From: Desulfobacterales bacterium
GTDB lineage: Bacteria; Desulfobacterota; Desulfobacteria; Desulfobacterales; UBA11574
Reading direction: 5' to 3'
Length of the DNA: 64,000 bases
NCBI GenBank assembly: GCA_022340885.1
Contig: JAJDND010000159.1
Coordinates: 3,395 to 67,394, forward strand
Below are positions 41,295 to 50,173 of the stretch, piece by piece. The notes beneath the pieces are model-generated. The model saw nothing but the letters and a program-made list of their open reading frames with translations. It did no database searches and was not told the DNA's origin. Numbering within the stretch: the stretch's first letter is position 1; the number at the start of each line of letters is the position of its first letter. The position numbers and the translations under genes were made by a program.

Positions 41295-42086
41295 ATGTAT
41301 ATACATAAGATTCAGGCAAGGGATTTACCGGATCTTTGGTTTCAGGCGGTTCATGATATTCTGGATCATGGCAGAAAGTTTACCATCGACCGCGGAAGTT
41401 ATGCTGGACAGACAAGACTCGAATATGATTTTTTTACGGGTCACATTAAATATCCGGGCACCCATCCACTGATACCCGACATACCCCCGGCATGCGGTAT
41501 CCCGAATCCTGTTGAAGAAGCTTATATTTACGGTGGTGACGGCTATGAAAGATCGTATATCGAATATGTCATGACCGGTCAAAAAGAACCCGGTGAATCC
41601 TATACCTATGGAGAAAGGCTCACACGAGCGCCGATTTCCGAGGAAAAGCTTCGGTGGTGGAAGGAAGGAAACGCGGAAATTATCGATAAAAGAGACGTGG
41701 ACGGACGAGCGGTTTTTGAAGAGGATGGACAGCTTTTTTTAAATCAAATCGAATGGATCATTCAAACCTATCAAAAATATGGAAGAAGAAACAATCAAAT
41801 GGTACTGCAAGTGGCGCATCCGTCGGATCTAACACTTCTGGATCCGCCGTGCCTGCGTTCCATCGATACCCGAATTCAAGATGACGCGCTTCATTTTATC
41901 GTGTATTTTCGTTCATGGGATTTGTGGGGAGGCATGCCGGCGAATCTGGCCGGAATACAAAATCTAAAAGAATACATGGCTGGCGAAATAGGGGTTAAAG
42001 ACGGTGAAATGATCGTCGAAAGCAAGGGGCTTCATCTTTACGGGTATGCGGAAGAGCTGGCGAAACTAAGGTGTATGAAGACTTAA
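41295..42086 (+). CDS. thyA: Thymidylate synthase, divergent (archaeal-like) ThyA-family enzyme
   Basis: 263 aa. DPPCLRSID (catalytic Cys), YFRSWDLWGGMPANLAG (compare YQRSCDVFLGLPFNIAS in E. coli ThyA; the Asn is retained, implying dUMP specificity), GLHLYGY (compare THLYSN), and GRRN (the RR pair). GGAGGAG RBS. Confidence 0.78.
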   Translation: MYIHKIQARDLPDLWFQAVHDILDHGRKFTIDRGSYAGQTRLEYDFFTGHIKYPGTHPLIPDIPPACGIPNPVEEAYIYGGDGYERSYIEYVMTGQKEPGESYTYGERLTRAPISEEKLRWWKEGNAEIIDKRDVDGRAVFEEDGQLFLNQIEWIIQTYQKYGRRNNQMVLQVAHPSDLTLLDPPCLRSIDTRIQDDALHFIVYFRSWDLWGGMPANLAGIQNLKEYMAGEIGVKDGEMIVESKGLHLYGYAEELAKLRCMKT

Positions 42087-42092
42087 AATAGA

Positions 42093-42159
42093 GTTCAGTG
42101 TTCAGATTTCAGAACCGTATCATTGCCCTTTCTGAACGCTGAACCCCTGAACACTGAAC
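42093..42159. terminator. Nested inverted-repeat element built from GTTCAG/CTGAAC hexamers between convergent thyA and asnS; probable bidirectional terminator
   Basis: The outer arms GTTCAGTGTTCAG (42093-42105) and CTGAACACTGAAC (42147-42159) are perfect complements. The inner arms are TTCAGAA (42108-42114) and TTCTGAA (42130-42136). CTGAAC occurs four times in a row at 42133-42159. Confidence 0.45.
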
Positions 42160-42173
42160 GCTTATTTTTAAAA

Positions 42174-43559
42174 CTAGAATTCTATGCTGTTCGGGGTTCT
42201 CGGAAAAGGGATGACATCCCGTATATTGGTAATACCGGTTACCAGCATGAGCAATCGTTCGAAACCCAGGCCGAAGCCGCTGTGTTCAACCGATCCGAAC
42301 CGCCTTGAATCCAGATACCACCAGTAATTTTGTTTGGGCATTTTCATCTCGTCCATCCTGTTTTCAAGCACATCCAGTCGCTCTTCACGCTGGCTGCCCC
42401 CGATAATTTCTCCAATTCGAGGGACCAGAACATCCATGGCCGCCACCGTTTTTTGATCATTGTTTAATCGCATGTAAAACGGTTTCAGGGTCTTGGGATA
42501 ATCAAATACGATGACCGGTTTTTTAAAATGCGCCTCGGTTAAATAGCGTTCATGCTCGGTCTGGAGGTCCTTTCCGAAGTCGATTTCAAATTCAAAGGTT
42601 TTTCCGGATTGCTTCAATATCTCAACGGCAGTCGTATAGGAAATACGCTTGAATTCGGCTTCGGCCACATGGTTTAGCGTTGTTATTAATTGCTTATCGA
42701 CATATTTTGCAAAAAGTTCGATATCCTCTATGCAGGCGTCAAGAATAAACCCTGTTAAAAACTTGATGATTTCTTCGCCCAGGTCCATGTTACCTTTCAG
42801 GTCGCAAAAAGCCATCTCGGGTTCGACCATCCAAAATTCGGCGACATGCCGGCTGGTATTGGAGTTTTCGGCGCGAAATGTCGGGCCGAAAGTGTAAACA
42901 TCTCCGAGGGCAAGGGCAAACATCTCCGCGGACAGTTGTCCGGAAACTGTCAAATTCGCCTCTTTACCGAAAAAATCTTTGGTATAGTCTGTTTTACCGT
43001 CTAAAAGCGGCGGGTGATCCATCGGGAGTGTGGTGACGCGGAAAAGTTCTCCGGCGCCTTCGCAGTCGGAGCCGGTGATAATGGGCGAGTGGATATATTT
43101 AAAACCCCGGTCCCTGAAAAATTTATGAATAGCGAATGACAGCTCGGAGCGGATGCGAAACGCTGCCCCGTATTTATTGGTTCGTGGTCTTAAATGGGCG
43201 ATGGTTCTTAGATATTCGTCTGTATGGCGCTTTTTTTGCAGCGGAAAGGTTTCGGGAGCAATACTTATGATTTCAAGCCGTTTTGCGACGATCTCCCACT
43301 TTTGACCGGATCCTTTTGATTCTATTAACTTTCCTGAAACCGCCACCGCCGAACCGGTGGAGAGCCGGGTAATATCGTCGTAATTGGTCAATGCATTATC
43401 GGCAACAATCTGGATGTTTTTCAGACAGGATCCGTCATTGATCTCTAAAAATGAAAAATTTTTCGAATCCCTTCGGGTGCGAACCCATCCTTTTATCAGA
43501 ACGTGATCGATGGGTTGGTCCGATTGTAACAAATTAAAAATTTTCCTTCGGTGTATCAT
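42174..43559 (-). CDS. asnS: Asparagine--tRNA ligase
   Basis: 461 aa. N-terminal OB anticodon-binding domain ([23 protein letters not shown]) and class II core ([59 protein letters not shown]). Confidence 0.95.
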   Translation of the reverse strand: MIHRRKIFNLLQSDQPIDHVLIKGWVRTRRDSKNFSFLEINDGSCLKNIQIVADNALTNYDDITRLSTGSAVAVSGKLIESKGSGQKWEIVAKRLEIISIAPETFPLQKKRHTDEYLRTIAHLRPRTNKYGAAFRIRSELSFAIHKFFRDRGFKYIHSPIITGSDCEGAGELFRVTTLPMDHPPLLDGKTDYTKDFFGKEANLTVSGQLSAEMFALALGDVYTFGPTFRAENSNTSRHVAEFWMVEPEMAFCDLKGNMDLGEEIIKFLTGFILDACIEDIELFAKYVDKQLITTLNHVAEAEFKRISYTTAVEILKQSGKTFEFEIDFGKDLQTEHERYLTEAHFKKPVIVFDYPKTLKPFYMRLNNDQKTVAAMDVLVPRIGEIIGGSQREERLDVLENRMDEMKMPKQNYWWYLDSRRFGSVEHSGFGLGFERLLMLVTGITNIRDVIPFPRTPNSIEF

Positions 43560-43593
43560 GGCTCACCTGTCTCCGATGATTTAGATTCATCCA

Positions 43594-45006
43594 TTACAGC
43601 CTGACGCTGATATGATAAAGCTGATCTTTTCTCTGTAGCAAGATGACCAGCGACTTTCTTTTACGGAATTTTATCGTTGCTTTTTTAAAATCTTTCGTGT
43701 TCTTTATCGTGAATTCATCGATTTGGCGGATAACATCTCCGGGTTCGGCGCCGATGCGGGCGAGATACGACTGCGGATTCAGCTCTGAAATCAAGACGCC
43801 TTCTTGAGCGTAGATCTTATAGGTGTAACGCGTGTTCTTGGTAAGATTTTTTACCTTAATCCCGAGAATATCGTAAGCTAGCTCCATTGCCAGATCCTCG
43901 GGAAATGCCGTCGACCGGACAGTAAACATTTTTTTTTGGCCGTCTCTTAACACACCGATGTCAAGAATTTCTCCGGCAGAAATATTGCTCATCGCGGTAT
44001 TAAAATCGTTTTGTGACAAAATCTTTCGAGAACCGACAGACTGAATAATATCTCCCACATGTATTCCGGATCTAAAGGCAGGTCCGGATGATTCTGTTTT
44101 TTTTACCAATACGCCTTTAGCGCCCGCTGCCTTTAAATACTTAGCCAGGTCGGCATCCAGATTTTGAACGGTGATGCCGATCCATGCCGGGACCACTTCC
44201 CCATACTTTATAAGATCTGAAACGACTCTTTTTGCTTTATCGATCGGTATGGCAAACCCGATCCCCTGGGCTTTGGCATATATTGCGGTATTAATGCCGA
44301 TGAGTTCACCGTATATGTTCAAGAGCGGTCCGCCGCTGTTTCCCGGGTTAATGGAAGCATCCGTTTGAATGAAATCGCGATAGAATGTATTGTCGACGTT
44401 TACGCTTCGATTGACAGCGCTGATCACGCCGGTGGTAACCGTGTTTGAAAAACCAAAAGGGTTTCCGATGGCGATAACGGTTTCTCCGATCAAAAGATTG
44501 CCGGAATCGCCCATTTTTATATTCGGAAGCACACCTTTCGGAGAAATTCGCAACACCGCCAAATCAGAATCCGGATCTGCACCGATGATGTTTGCCTTAA
44601 ATTCACGCCCGTCTTTTAATGTAACGGTAATGGTCGAGCTTTTAATAATCACATGCTTATTGGTAAGAATAAACCCTCGTTTGCCGTCTATTATCACCCC
44701 AGATCCGAGGCTGGTCCGCTTATACTTTTGTTCGTAGCCTGGATCGAAAAAGTCTTTAAAAAAAGACTCAAAATTCGGATCCAACCCTAATCCGTAAAAG
44801 GGATTCACACGTTTATGGACTTCTGACTGCGAGCTGATGTTAACTACTGCCGGACTGACTTTTTTGACGGCTTTTACAACCGCACTTTCCCTCAGGTTTT
44901 CAGCGAAGCTGTTGGTCGGGACGATCAGGCAAAACATAATAAATAGATCAAAAAGCAACACCGCCGCGATGAAAAAGAAATTGTTTTGCGTTTTTATTTC
45001 TGGCAT
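43594..45006 (-). CDS. Do/HtrA-family periplasmic serine endopeptidase with two PDZ domains
   Basis: 470 aa. N-terminal membrane anchor, GSGVIIDGKRGFILTNKHV (His), DSDLAVL (Asp), TDASINPGNSGGPLLN (Ser), then two PDZ-like segments. Confidence 0.92.
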   Translation of the reverse strand: MPEIKTQNNFFFIAAVLLFDLFIMFCLIVPTNSFAENLRESAVVKAVKKVSPAVVNISSQSEVHKRVNPFYGLGLDPNFESFFKDFFDPGYEQKYKRTSLGSGVIIDGKRGFILTNKHVIIKSSTITVTLKDGREFKANIIGADPDSDLAVLRISPKGVLPNIKMGDSGNLLIGETVIAIGNPFGFSNTVTTGVISAVNRSVNVDNTFYRDFIQTDASINPGNSGGPLLNIYGELIGINTAIYAKAQGIGFAIPIDKAKRVVSDLIKYGEVVPAWIGITVQNLDADLAKYLKAAGAKGVLVKKTESSGPAFRSGIHVGDIIQSVGSRKILSQNDFNTAMSNISAGEILDIGVLRDGQKKMFTVRSTAFPEDLAMELAYDILGIKVKNLTKNTRYTYKIYAQEGVLISELNPQSYLARIGAEPGDVIRQIDEFTIKNTKDFKKATIKFRKRKSLVILLQRKDQLYHISVRL

Positions 45007-45061
45007 TTTGAGCTCCGGTATAATACATTATGCACTTAAATTTCTAAAAAGAATATATATC

Positions 45062-47563
45062 ATGAGCATAAACAGCATTCAAGACATCTTACAGCTGGTC
45101 GAACAGCCCAGTCGATATTTAGGTTCTGAAATCAATGCCGTAAAAAAAGATCACAACACGGTCGATTTGCTTTTTGGGTTGGTCTTTCCGGATCTTTATG
45201 AGATCGGAACTTCTCATTTCGGTCTTCAGATCCTCTATCACATCCTCAACACGCATCCGGATATCGCAGCGGAAAGGATCTTTGCACCGGCATCCGATAT
45301 GGCCGCTTATCTGAAATCATCCGGCATATCCCTTGCTTCTCTGGAATCCAAAAAGCCGCTTGCAGAATTTGATATTATCGGCTTCAGTCTTCTTTATGAA
45401 CTTAACTATACGAATATACTTAACATGTTGGATTTATCCGGTCTTCCCTTTCTTGCGCGGGAGCGGGATTTATCTTCTCCTTTTATCGTTGCCGGCGGTC
45501 CTTGCATGTGTAACCCGGAGCCTGTCGCCGATTTTTTTGACGCCATCGTCATCGGAGACGGTGAAAACGTCATCATGGACATGTGTCTGGACTGGTTTGA
45601 ATGGCGGAAAAACGATGCTCGCAATAAAGACGCGCTTTTGAAGCTGTGGTCTCGGATCAAAGGTGTCTATATACCGGCTTATTTTAAGCCAAAATTCGGT
45701 CTTTCGGGTTTTCAGAGGATCTTTCCCAGGTTTAATGATTACCAGCGAATTGATAGAGCGGTTGTCGGAGATCTCGACGAAGCGCCGTTTCCGGATATAC
45801 CCGTCATACCCTATGCCAAACCGATTCACGACCGGTTAAGACTGGAGGTCTCAAGAGGATGCACACGAGGGTGCCGCTTTTGTCAGGCCGGTATGATATA
45901 TCGACCGGTTCGTGAGCGGTCTTTGGGTAAACTACTTTCACTGTCTGAGGCTTCCGTTAATGCAACGGGTTATGAAGACATATCTCTTTTATCTCTAAGT
46001 ACTGGGGATTATAGTTGTATTCAGCCATTAATGGAGAGCATGATGACCTTGTACGGTCACCGGCGCATCGCCCTTTCCTTTCCGTCTTTAAGGGCGGGTA
46101 CGTTGACTCCAAAGTTAATGAAGCTCGTAAAAAAGGTCAGAAAGACCGGTTTTACAATCGCTTTGGAAGCGGGAAGCCAGCGGCTTCGAGATGTCATTAA
46201 TAAAAATATCCAGGAAAAAGACATCTTCGATACCATAAACGATGCCTTTGGCTTGGGGTGGCAGGTCGTAAAATTATATTTTATGGTCGGCCTTCCTACA
46301 GAGACGGATGAGGATGTGCAGGCGATTGTTGACCTTGTGAAAAGGATCAACGCTCACCGGCGGAAAAGCAGGCCTAACAGTCATATCAATGTCAGCGTTG
46401 CGACCTTTATCCCCAAACCGCATACCCCTTTTCAGTGGCTCCCTCAAATTTCTTTGGGCGAATCAAAAGAAAAAATTTCGCTGTTGAAACAAAAGCTTAA
46501 CATCTCAGGGGTTCGCTTCAAATGGCAAAATCCCGAGGTCAGTCTTGTGGAAGGACTTTGGGCGAGGGGTGATCGGCGACTCGGCCGATTACTGGTCACT
46601 GCCTGCAAGAAAGGGTGTCGATTTGACGGCTGGAGTGACCAGTTCAAATACCGGTTGTGGGAAGCCTCTTTTTTGGAAGAGGACGTCAATGTAGATTTTT
46701 ATACGACGCGTGCAAGAGATGCGGCGGAGCCGCTGCCGTGGGACCATATCGACACCATGGTTACAAAGGAATATCTTATTGGAGAATGGGAAAGGGCCGT
46801 AAAGGGAGAGCCGACGAAAGACTGCAGAAACGGCGATTGTAATCAATGCGGGGTATGTGATTTTCAAACCGTAAAGCCCTTCGTGAATGCTGACTGTAAA
46901 GGTCAATCCCCGAATAATCTTGTTACCACACACCAACCGGCCGGAGAATATGGAAAACTTAAGATATCCTTTTCAAAACAAGGGATGGCGAAGTATTTCG
47001 GGCATCTTGAAATGGTAAAAATTTTCTTGCGCGCCATTCGCCGGGCCGAAATTCCGGTCAAATATTCCAAAGGATTTCATCCAAAACCGAACATATCTTT
47101 TGAGGATCCCCTTCCAGTCGGCTTAGAAAGTTTGATGGAAACATTTTATTTGTCCACAGAAAAGAACATCGAACCGGCGCTCATCGTCGAAAGATTAAAC
47201 AAACACCTTCCTGAGGGATTGCATATTCTAAACTGCCGGCCGGCTTCCAAAAATCTTTCCCAAAAAACTTTCGAGCCCGTCAATTATTCGATAACCCTGA
47301 AGAACATGTGTTTCAATGAAGAACAAATAAACGATTTTCTTAACCGGAAAACCTTTATATTCTCACGGCTGAATCGAAAAGGAAAATCCAAAACAATCGA
47401 TTTAAAGGAGATGGTATCTAAGCTAACGCTGCCGGCACCCAATAGGCTGCTTGTAAGCCTGAGAACAGAACCCGGAAAGACGGTGAGACCGTTAGAGGTT
47501 CTAGAGAAAATTTTCGGATTGCCCGAGGAAGAGATCCGGCAGGCGCAGATGGTTAAACTATAA
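45062..47563 (+). CDS. Radical SAM protein (B12-binding-like N-domain + rSAM core, TIGR03960-like) fused to a DUF2344/TIGR03936-like C-terminal domain
   Basis: Start at ATG 45062 (MSINSIQDILQLVEQPSRYLGSEINAV). The ORF-track start at 44837 overlaps htrA antisense. The CX3CX2C motif CTRGCRFC is at 45860-45883. From about 46950 onward: ISFSKQGMAKYFGHLEMVKIFLRAIRRAEIPVKYSKGFHPKPNISF. Confidence 0.87.
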   Translation: MSINSIQDILQLVEQPSRYLGSEINAVKKDHNTVDLLFGLVFPDLYEIGTSHFGLQILYHILNTHPDIAAERIFAPASDMAAYLKSSGISLASLESKKPLAEFDIIGFSLLYELNYTNILNMLDLSGLPFLARERDLSSPFIVAGGPCMCNPEPVADFFDAIVIGDGENVIMDMCLDWFEWRKNDARNKDALLKLWSRIKGVYIPAYFKPKFGLSGFQRIFPRFNDYQRIDRAVVGDLDEAPFPDIPVIPYAKPIHDRLRLEVSRGCTRGCRFCQAGMIYRPVRERSLGKLLSLSEASVNATGYEDISLLSLSTGDYSCIQPLMESMMTLYGHRRIALSFPSLRAGTLTPKLMKLVKKVRKTGFTIALEAGSQRLRDVINKNIQEKDIFDTINDAFGLGWQVVKLYFMVGLPTETDEDVQAIVDLVKRINAHRRKSRPNSHINVSVATFIPKPHTPFQWLPQISLGESKEKISLLKQKLNISGVRFKWQNPEVSLVEGLWARGDRRLGRLLVTACKKGCRFDGWSDQFKYRLWEASFLEEDVNVDFYTTRARDAAEPLPWDHIDTMVTKEYLIGEWERAVKGEPTKDCRNGDCNQCGVCDFQTVKPFVNADCKGQSPNNLVTTHQPAGEYGKLKISFSKQGMAKYFGHLEMVKIFLRAIRRAEIPVKYSKGFHPKPNISFEDPLPVGLESLMETFYLSTEKNIEPALIVERLNKHLPEGLHILNCRPASKNLSQKTFEPVNYSITLKNMCFNEEQINDFLNRKTFIFSRLNRKGKSKTIDLKEMVSKLTLPAPNRLLVSLRTEPGKTVRPLEVLEKIFGLPEEEIRQAQMVKL

Positions 47564-47575
47564 CCCACAGGAAAT

Positions 47576-49108
47576 ATGATGTATAAAAAAATAGTTATCA
47601 ATGTCGCAGATCATGAAACCCGGGTGGCGCTTCTCGAAGACGGAAACATTGCCGAGCTTTTTATCGAGCGGGGAGATGCTTCAGATATTGCCGGGAATAT
47701 ATATAAGGGAAAGGTGCAGCGGGTTTTGCCGGGTATGCAGGCGGCTTTCGTAGATATTGGACTCAAGCAGGCGGCTTTTATATATGTGAGCGATGTCATC
47801 GGCGGAAATTACAGCCCGATTGATGATTTTCCGGAAGACGACGATAACGCTGAAACCAGCATGCCGGTCAATGGATATTTGTCATCGATTCGACGGGAAC
47901 GGCACATTGAGGAACTGATTACAGAAGGGCAGGAAATTATGGTTCAGGCCGCAAAAACACCCATTGGTTCAAAAGGCGCTCGACTGACAACTCATATTTC
48001 TCTGCCCGGACGATTTCTGGTACTCATGCCCACATCAGAGCATATCGGGATATCGAGAAGGATTGAAGATGAAGCCGAACGGGAGCGGCTAAAAACGAAT
48101 ATAGAATCAATTCGGGATGATAACTTCGGATATATCGTTCGGACGGCTGCTGAAGGCGTGCAGAAAGAGAAATTTGAATATGAAATGGGTTTTTTAAAAA
48201 ATTTATGGTCCAGTATTCAACATAAATACCAAACCGCCCCCTCGCCGTCGTTGCTTCACAAGGAAGTCGCCGTCAGTCTGCGCGCCGTTCGAGATCTTTT
48301 ATTACATGAAGCTGAAAAATTGATCATAGACTCCCGTGCAGGTTATGAATCCATTTTAAATTTTCTCGACACGTTTATGCCGAGCCTTAAGGATTCCGTA
48401 GATCTGTATGAGGGACTGGAACCGATATTCGATGCATTTAATCTGGAAGCAGATATTTCGCGAGCGCTAAAAAAGAAGGTATGGCTGAAATCCGGCGGAT
48501 ATATCGTCATCGAACATACGGAAGCGCTGGTGGCCATCGATGTCAACACCGGACGATATGTCGGAAAATATAATCTTGAAGAAACCATTTTAAAGACCAA
48601 TCTCGAGGCAGTGAAAGAAATCGCCTATCAAATACGCCTCCGGGATATCGGAGGCATTATTATTATCGATTTTATAGATATGGAAAAAAAATCCAACCAG
48701 GAAAAGGTATTTAATGCGCTGACGGAAGCGCTCAAAAAAGATAGGAGTAAAACCCATGTACTGCCCATATCGGAATTGGGATTAATACAGATGACTCGGA
48801 AACGCATACGAAAACCGCTGACCAGATTATTATGTGAACCGTGTTTTTACTGCGACGGAGAAGGCTATCTTATATCGAAACAAACCATATGTTATAATAT
48901 TTACAGAGAAATTCTACGTGAGTCCAAAGATATGATCGGGGTTAAAATCAGCTTGAGAGTAAACCCTGAAATTGCCGAGCTTCTTTATGGTGAAGAGAGC
49001 CAGATTATCGTTTCTGCTGAGCGAATCATCGGAAAACGGATCGTTATATACCCGGACGCCAATCTTCACATGGAAGAGTTCGATATTTTTGAAATCATCA
49101 AGGATTAG
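47576..49108 (+). CDS. rng: Ribonuclease G (Rne/Rng family)
   Basis: 510 aa. N-terminal S1 domain (GNIYKGKVQRVLPGMQAAFVDIG), then SGGYIVIEHTEALVAIDVNTG and IGGIIIIDFIDM, the catalytic DNase I-like region of RNase E/G. Confidence 0.9.
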   Translation: MMYKKIVINVADHETRVALLEDGNIAELFIERGDASDIAGNIYKGKVQRVLPGMQAAFVDIGLKQAAFIYVSDVIGGNYSPIDDFPEDDDNAETSMPVNGYLSSIRRERHIEELITEGQEIMVQAAKTPIGSKGARLTTHISLPGRFLVLMPTSEHIGISRRIEDEAERERLKTNIESIRDDNFGYIVRTAAEGVQKEKFEYEMGFLKNLWSSIQHKYQTAPSPSLLHKEVAVSLRAVRDLLLHEAEKLIIDSRAGYESILNFLDTFMPSLKDSVDLYEGLEPIFDAFNLEADISRALKKKVWLKSGGYIVIEHTEALVAIDVNTGRYVGKYNLEETILKTNLEAVKEIAYQIRLRDIGGIIIIDFIDMEKKSNQEKVFNALTEALKKDRSKTHVLPISELGLIQMTRKRIRKPLTRLLCEPCFYCDGEGYLISKQTICYNIYREILRESKDMIGVKISLRVNPEIAELLYGEESQIIVSAERIIGKRIVIYPDANLHMEEFDIFEIIKD

Positions 49109-49224
49109 GTTGAGACTTGACATACTGATCTATTTGTGATTTATAAACTCGATTTAAGTCATGGTTGATATTTTTATCAAGAATTGGAATGAATGCCTCG
49201 GCGATCAAATAAGGATTTTAGCTG

Positions 49225-49359
49225 ATGAAACGAACTTACCAGCCAAGCAAAATTAAGCGAGCAAGAACCCACGGGTTTTTAAAAAGGATGTCCACAAAAC
49301 AGGGCAGAAAGATTATAAACAGGCGCAGATCAAAAGGAAGAGCCCGTTTAACGGTATAA
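49225..49359 (+). CDS. rpmH: 50S ribosomal protein L34
   Basis: Not in the ORF track (44 aa). My hand translation is [44 protein letters not shown]-stop, which reads as canonical L34. Confidence 0.95.
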   Translation: MKRTYQPSKIKRARTHGFLKRMSTKQGRKIINRRRSKGRARLTV

Positions 49360-49418
49360 ACAGAGTTGCTCGAAAAAATACAATATAAATAACAGCGGGT
49401 TGAGCAAAGGAGTCATTA

Positions 49419-49772
49419 TTGCGCTTTTGGTTTACCAAGGCGGACAGATTAAGAAAACGTTCCGAATTTCTTAGGCTGGCCAACCAGGGGAAAAAAATTC
49501 AAGACTCAAATTTTATTGCCGTATACTCTCAGAACCGAATTCAAAGAACCCGCCTTGGTGTCACCGTAGCGAGAAAAGTTGGAAATGCCCCAACACGCAA
49601 CCGGATCAAAAGATTATCTCGCGAATATTTTCGGCTAAACAGGCAAACAATTACAGGGCATTGGGATATTAATATTATTGCCAAAAAAAAGGCTGCGAAC
49701 CTGTCGTCAGAACAGGTATTTTTATCCCTAAAAAACATTTTACATAATATATCCAGGAGCTTATATCATTAA
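49419..49772 (+). CDS. rnpA: Ribonuclease P protein component
   Basis: 117 aa. TTG start preceded by AAAGGAG (49406-49412). [14 protein letters not shown]..., [28 protein letters not shown] (the RNR motif). It follows rpmH as in most bacteria. Confidence 0.9.
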   Translation: MRFWFTKADRLRKRSEFLRLANQGKKIQDSNFIAVYSQNRIQRTRLGVTVARKVGNAPTRNRIKRLSREYFRLNRQTITGHWDINIIAKKKAANLSSEQVFLSLKNILHNISRSLYH

Positions 49773-49794
49773 CAAAATCTTCATTATACCGGCC

Positions 49795-49989
49795 TTGATC
49801 CTGATCAGAGGCTATCAGTTGATCGTGTCTCCGGTCACAGCTCCTGCATGCCGTTTTTATCCAACCTGTTCAGAGTATGCCTATCAGTCTATTTTGCGCT
49901 ATGGATTTCTTAAGGGATGTTATCTTGCGTTAAGGCGACTTTTAAAGTGTCATCCCTTTCATCCGGGAGGAATCGATCCTGTTCCATAA
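49795..49989 (+). CDS. yidD: Membrane protein insertion efficiency factor YidD
   Basis: [62 protein letters not shown] is a textbook YidD sequence. The start (TTG 49795) is uncertain; the frame is open further upstream but has no ATG. Confidence 0.88.
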   Translation: MILIRGYQLIVSPVTAPACRFYPTCSEYAYQSILRYGFLKGCYLALRRLLKCHPFHPGGIDPVP

Positions 49990-50173
49990 AGTCAGCTTGT
50001 TTGAAAAAGGACCAGGTTTGAATTAAAGCATTCCGATTCATAACAGAAATGTTTGGGCCCTCCGTCTTAAAATCCTGCACCGATGCCGGCTCCGCTTAAC
50101 CTCAATTACATACAGTTTAACTCATCTGAATAAAAGGAATATGTTTGCTTCAAATTGAATCTTGGAGAGGATA

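Noticed and set aside
44837-45061. The 5' extension of the radical SAM ORF, which would give a 908-aa protein.
   Set aside because: The extension runs antisense through the htrA N-terminus. Family-like sequence only begins at MSINSIQDILQLVEQPSRYLG (ATG 45062).
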